This document shows, in pieces, positions 60,826-64,000 of a stretch of 64,000 nucleotides of DNA. Both the position numbers and the translations under genes were made by a program. This DNA is from a virus (lineage: Duplodnaviria; Caudoviricetes), in the IMG/VR virus record IMGVR_UViG_3300021255_002539, positions 192,001-256,000 of that record, one strand, 5' to 3'. Under the pieces are notes generated by a model. It had not been told where the DNA came from. It did no database searches and was given only the letters and a program-made list of their open reading frames with translations. The stretch's first letter is position 1. Each line of letters starts with the position of its first letter.

Positions 60826-61218
60826 TTAGTCGTTTCCGTCATAACCAGGCTTGCGCCACTTGATTGGCTTGCGCGGAGGCTTGATTGCCTTGATTGGCAT
60901 GCCGTCATGCTCCTTGTCGTAGTCCTCAAGCAGTTCGTCCCTGGAATCCTTGTCAATGTAGAGGGACTTCAACTCGTCTTTGAGGTGGTAGAGGTCGGAG
61001 TGCGCGTACCTCGACTCGTCGGAGGGACCGCCAGCCACGGGGTACTTGAAGTACAGGATGATGTCGGTGTTCCACTCTGTCCAAGGCTCGGCGGGGGTCT
61101 GGCGCATTGCGTCAATCCCAACATAGTAGGGCCGCAGCTTCGCGGGAACCATGTTCTCGGCGATTGCCACTACTTGCTTCTCGGTCAGAGCTGGATGCCC
61201 CCACGCACAGGTCTTCAT
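60826..61218 (-). CDS. Hypothetical early protein
   Basis: 130-aa ORF with AAGGA RBS. Confidence 0.65.
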   Translation of the reverse strand: MKTCAWGHPALTEKQVVAIAENMVPAKLRPYYVGIDAMRQTPAEPWTEWNTDIILYFKYPVAGGPSDESRYAHSDLYHLKDELKSLYIDKDSRDELLEDYDKEHDGMPIKAIKPPRKPIKWRKPGYDGND

Positions 61219-61239
61219 TTACTGATGTTCCTTTCTCAA

Positions 61240-61491
61240 TCAAAGTGGATGAATTTCCTGAAGAACACGAAGCTCAGTGAATTTCTCGTTCTTCCCCATC
61301 TTGAAGAACTTCCTCAGAATGTCAGGAATGTCCTCTTCACAAGCCGCCCATACACGGGTATCGTTTGCATACCAGCCAGTATTCTTCGTCCGCCATAGGA
61401 CACGGAACAACCTTTCCTTGCGGCTGTCGTCGTTCTTGACTTCGTTTCTTTTGGCAAACAGATTTCTGAGCCAATGTATGAAATCTTTCAT
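61240..61491 (-). CDS. Hypothetical early protein
   Basis: AAGGAGG RBS before MKDFIHW. Promoter at 61523-61552. Confidence 0.65.
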   Translation of the reverse strand: MKDFIHWLRNLFAKRNEVKNDDSRKERLFRVLWRTKNTGWYANDTRVWAACEEDIPDILRKFFKMGKNEKFTELRVLQEIHPL

Positions 61492-61522
61492 CTTGTCCTC
61501 CTTGTTTCCTTCGAACACCTAT

Positions 61523-61552
61523 ATTATAGCATATTCGGTGATTGTCTGTCAA
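61523..61552 (-). promoter_or_regulatory. Sigma70-type early promoter TTGACA-N18-TATAAT (extended -10 TG)
   Basis: Perfect hexamers. Confidence 0.75.
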
Positions 61553-61580
61553 GGGGGTCTATGAACAAATTGGATGGGAA

Positions 61581-62411
61581 TCAATGTGTCCCAGACGATC
61601 CAAACCCACCACCCCTGTCTGTGGACTTGCCCATGTCGTCGTAGACGCAGTTCAAGATTTCGTTCAACTCCAAGTTGATGACAGGCACAATCAACCCTTG
61701 GGTTATCTTCATGCCAGGCTCAATGCACACAGGTGTCGTTCCATGGTTGAAGAAGCAGAATATGAGTTCGTCCCTATATTCAGAATCAATCAGGCATGCA
61801 GAGTGGTCAAGTTTCAGTTTCGTGGCAACCCCAGACTTGTTTACCATCATCATAGCCAGACCAGGAGGTATGATGGTCTTGATTCCAGATGGGATTGCGA
61901 CATGGGCGTTTGGTTGCACGATTATGGTATTGTCCACCACCACGGCACTGGGGGTCTGGTCAGGGTTGTGGGAGAAGTTCTCCACCTTCGCCTTGAAGTC
62001 CTCGTCCCATGCTTTTCTTTCAGGAACAAAGAAGTCGATGCCAGCGTCCGTTGGATGTGCCTTGGTTGGGGTCTTGACTTCCCGTATTCTGGTGAACAGG
62101 AGTTTTCCATCGAACTGCCTGTTGTGGTCGTGTTCAAGTTCCTCGGCTAGTTCATGCGACACCTGGTGGCTGTTTTGCTCGACCAATTTCCTCAGACCAT
62201 CCACAACATCAGAATCTGGGAACTCGACCTTTGGTCTTGGGGGTGGGTTTGCGGCCCTCTCCATCTCTGCCTTGATGTTCTCCTGCGTCTTCTGGCGGAT
62301 TCCAGCCATTATCCTGTCTATGGCATCCTTTGTGGTGGACTCATCCTCTGCAACTACTGACAGGTTGTTGATGAGGTCGACTATTGTCTTCTCGCGTTCG
62401 TTCAGTTCCAT
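61581..62411 (-). CDS. dut: Trimeric dUTPase with ~100-aa N-terminal extension
   Basis: DAGIDF, NKSG, LIDSEYRDE, KITQ and RGGGFGSSG motifs. Confidence 0.9.
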   Translation of the reverse strand: MELNEREKTIVDLINNLSVVAEDESTTKDAIDRIMAGIRQKTQENIKAEMERAANPPPRPKVEFPDSDVVDGLRKLVEQNSHQVSHELAEELEHDHNRQFDGKLLFTRIREVKTPTKAHPTDAGIDFFVPERKAWDEDFKAKVENFSHNPDQTPSAVVVDNTIIVQPNAHVAIPSGIKTIIPPGLAMMMVNKSGVATKLKLDHSACLIDSEYRDELIFCFFNHGTTPVCIEPGMKITQGLIVPVINLELNEILNCVYDDMGKSTDRGGGFGSSGTH

Positions 62412-62773
62412 GAATTTACATCTCTCTTTCTTTGGTTGAATGGATTGTATGGATTGGCTGTGTCGGGTTTCTTTGGTTGGTTTGTTTCCGTCAGGGAGTT
62501 CTTGAACAACTGCTTCTTGAGCTCATCTGTGAACAATGTGGTTATGTTGACCCCACTTTGGTAGAACACCTCTATGAACTTGCATGATTGTCCATCTGTT
62601 TGGTTGTCTTCGTCGTCTATTGGCCCCTTCAACAGAATCCCAGTGAATGTCCTTGCTGCCATTGCCTTGTCTGGGTCGATTCCCATTGTCTCGGTTTCCT
62701 CAATCCAAAACTGCCTTGGGTTTCCTGGAACCACCGAGACAATTTCGTTGAGGCATGTTATTGGCGTGAGCAT
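62402..62773 (-). CDS. Hypothetical protein
   Basis: 123-aa ORF overlapping the dUTPase start. TCGTATAAT upstream. Confidence 0.6.
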   Translation of the reverse strand: MLTPITCLNEIVSVVPGNPRQFWIEETETMGIDPDKAMAARTFTGILLKGPIDDEDNQTDGQSCKFIEVFYQSGVNITTLFTDELKKQLFKNSLTETNQPKKPDTANPYNPFNQRKRDVNSWN

Positions 62774-62811
62774 GTGTGTATATCCTTTCCCCTTTGTTCA
62801 ATTATACGAAC

Positions 62812-62850
62812 AAAAGAAGACCACCAAGTTGAATTGGTGGTTCTTTTCTT
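62812..62850 (-). terminator. Probable terminator
   Basis: AAAAGAAGACCACCAA..TTGGTGGTTCTTTT inverted repeat. Confidence 0.6.
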
Positions 62851-62869
62851 TGTTGCTTGTATTATATTG

Positions 62870-63862
62870 TTATTGCTTATTCACTATTGTCCAGCCAGAT
62901 GGAATGTTGCTAGTGCCAGTAGTCTTTGGCAATGCGCTTGGGCAAGTGAATGTCTTTGTTCCCGTTGCTTGAGTTCCTGCGCCATAGACCCAGTTCGTTG
63001 TCGCCTCAGATGGGTTCCAAGCTGTGAAGTTGACATCTATAGCCGAGAGCTTGCTACAGTTGTAGAACATGTTCTGGTAGCAGTAGTAGACAAGTGTCGT
63101 TGCTGGCAAAGTAGGAGCGGTCGTCAAGGAAGAGCAACCGTAGAACATGTAGTAGTAGCAACCGGCAGCGAGAGTCGTCGCTGGCAATGTCTCTGGAGCT
63201 GTAGTCAAGGACGAGCACTCGTAGAACATGCTGTAGTAGCAACCTTCGGCAAGTGTTGTTGCGGGTAGTTCGGGGGCAGTAGTCAAGGATGAGCAACCGT
63301 AGAACATGTTGGAGTAGCAGTCGTTGGCAAGTGTCATCGCAGGAAGTGCAGGGGCAGATGTCAAGGATGAACACCCCAAGAACATGTAGCCGTAGCAACC
63401 ACCTTCGAGTGTAGTAGCTGGCAATGTCGGAGCAGTCGTCAAGGATGCGCATTCCTAGAACATGCTGTAGTAGCAATAGGTCTTTCCAGATATGTCCAAT
63501 CTCGATCCATCTGCCTTCATCAAGGTCTGGATGTTTCCACTTGCGGCTATCCTCTTTCCTGTAGTAGTTGCAAACTAGTAGTAATTACTGCTGTTTGTGT
63601 AGAACGAAATGTCGTTCTCTTCAGCAGCTCTGAAATACACCTTGTCACCAACATTGGCAAGCGTTATTGTTGTATTGAATTCATATGGTGTCCAATTCTG
63701 TCCATCAGTAGAAGTCACAATATTTGCCGCAGCTGGACTGCCGACTTTGTTGAATGCTATAGTAGCACCGGCATCTTCTGCAGTGAAGCAAAGTGGTTCG
63801 TCCAGTTTTGGTCCGGTTGTTATTACAATGCTGTTAGCAGTTATCTTGCTTACATGAATCAT
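62870..63862 (-). CDS. BspA-like LRR protein with 24-aa TTAPxLPATTLAxxCYxxMFxxCSSL repeats (330 aa, 2 in-frame TAG)
   Basis: ORFs 63575-63862 and 62870-63442 are in frame across TAGs 63575 and 63455 (..RIAASGNIQTLM..YCYYSMF-Q-EC..). GAGG RBS. Confidence 0.85.
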
Positions 63863-63876
63863 GTCGGTTTACCTCG

Positions 63877-64000
63877 TTATTTGCACTTTCTAGTCTGCTC
63901 CATCTACTGCTTGTGCATTTCGTTCATGCAGAACTGGAAGCTCCTGGGCGTCATGTCCATCCACGGCATCATGCTCCCTACATTCAGCGAGTTCAATGGG
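63877..64000 (-). CDS. 3' end of an upstream gene (partial, 1 in-frame TAG)
   Basis: Open frame ..MPWMDMTPRSFQFCMNEMHKQ(TAG)MEQTRKCK-TAA. Confidence 0.4.

Noticed and set aside
63455-63457. TAG = Tyr (SMF-TAG-EC versus SMFYEC) or pyrrolysine
   Set aside because: That is a variable LRR position. Conserved fibre motifs at 2582, 30619 and 31777 align with Gln, and no pyl genes are visible.
1-64000. Interpreting the fragmented ORFs as pseudogenes or a decaying prophage
   Set aside because: All interruptions are TAG in the same frame, with no frameshifts or internal TAA/TGA, and conserved motifs continue across them.
1-64000. Suppressor tRNA-CUA, other tRNAs or a release factor
   Set aside because: No cloverleaf or T-loop signature found by eye in the short intergenic regions, and no RF-like ORF. 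These are expected elsewhere in the genome; a tRNA scan is needed.

Overview
This window is a 64-kb piece of a large T4-like (myovirus, probably jumbo) bacteriophage genome. It uses an alternative genetic code in which TAG is read as an amino acid, almost certainly Gln (table 15). I count about 42 in-frame TAGs in 13 genes, and every gene end I checked is TAA or TGA. The standard-code ORF track therefore fragments many real genes, including a hidden ~2400-aa protein at 44520-51728. Recognisable genes: gp23-like major capsid and gp22-like scaffold, gp6-like baseplate wedge, several mosaic tail-fibre proteins, three BspA-type LRR proteins, family-B DNA polymerase, UvsW-like helicase, gp62-like clamp-loader subunit, a sigma70-type factor, an adenine MTase, dUTPase, DnaJ, Hsp20, two GroES-like genes (one a tandem dimer), a macrodomain, a GT25 glycosyltransferase, a SleB-LysM wall hydrolase, a papain-like peptidase and a free-standing endonuclease flanked by 19-bp direct repeats. 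Three promoter classes are visible: TTGAC..TATAAT, TTTAC-N17-TATAAT and a late-type GTAAATA. The most striking unexplained structure is a putative capsid-cargo system. Two families of shared N-terminal leaders (a 46-47-aa MKKLxITK...VSESG cassette in 4 genes, and a ~10-aa MxWxxLYKES type) are fused to unrelated cargo domains. Those cargoes are separated by prohead-protease-like [hydrophobic]-x-E|(S/A/G) sites. They include an LRR, a ferritin-like domain, a nuclease-like domain, a wall hydrolase and a precursor that would release seven protamine-like Arg-rich peptides. No tRNA, rRNA, CRISPR array or reverse transcriptase was seen. All functional calls come from motif recognition by eye, without database searches.
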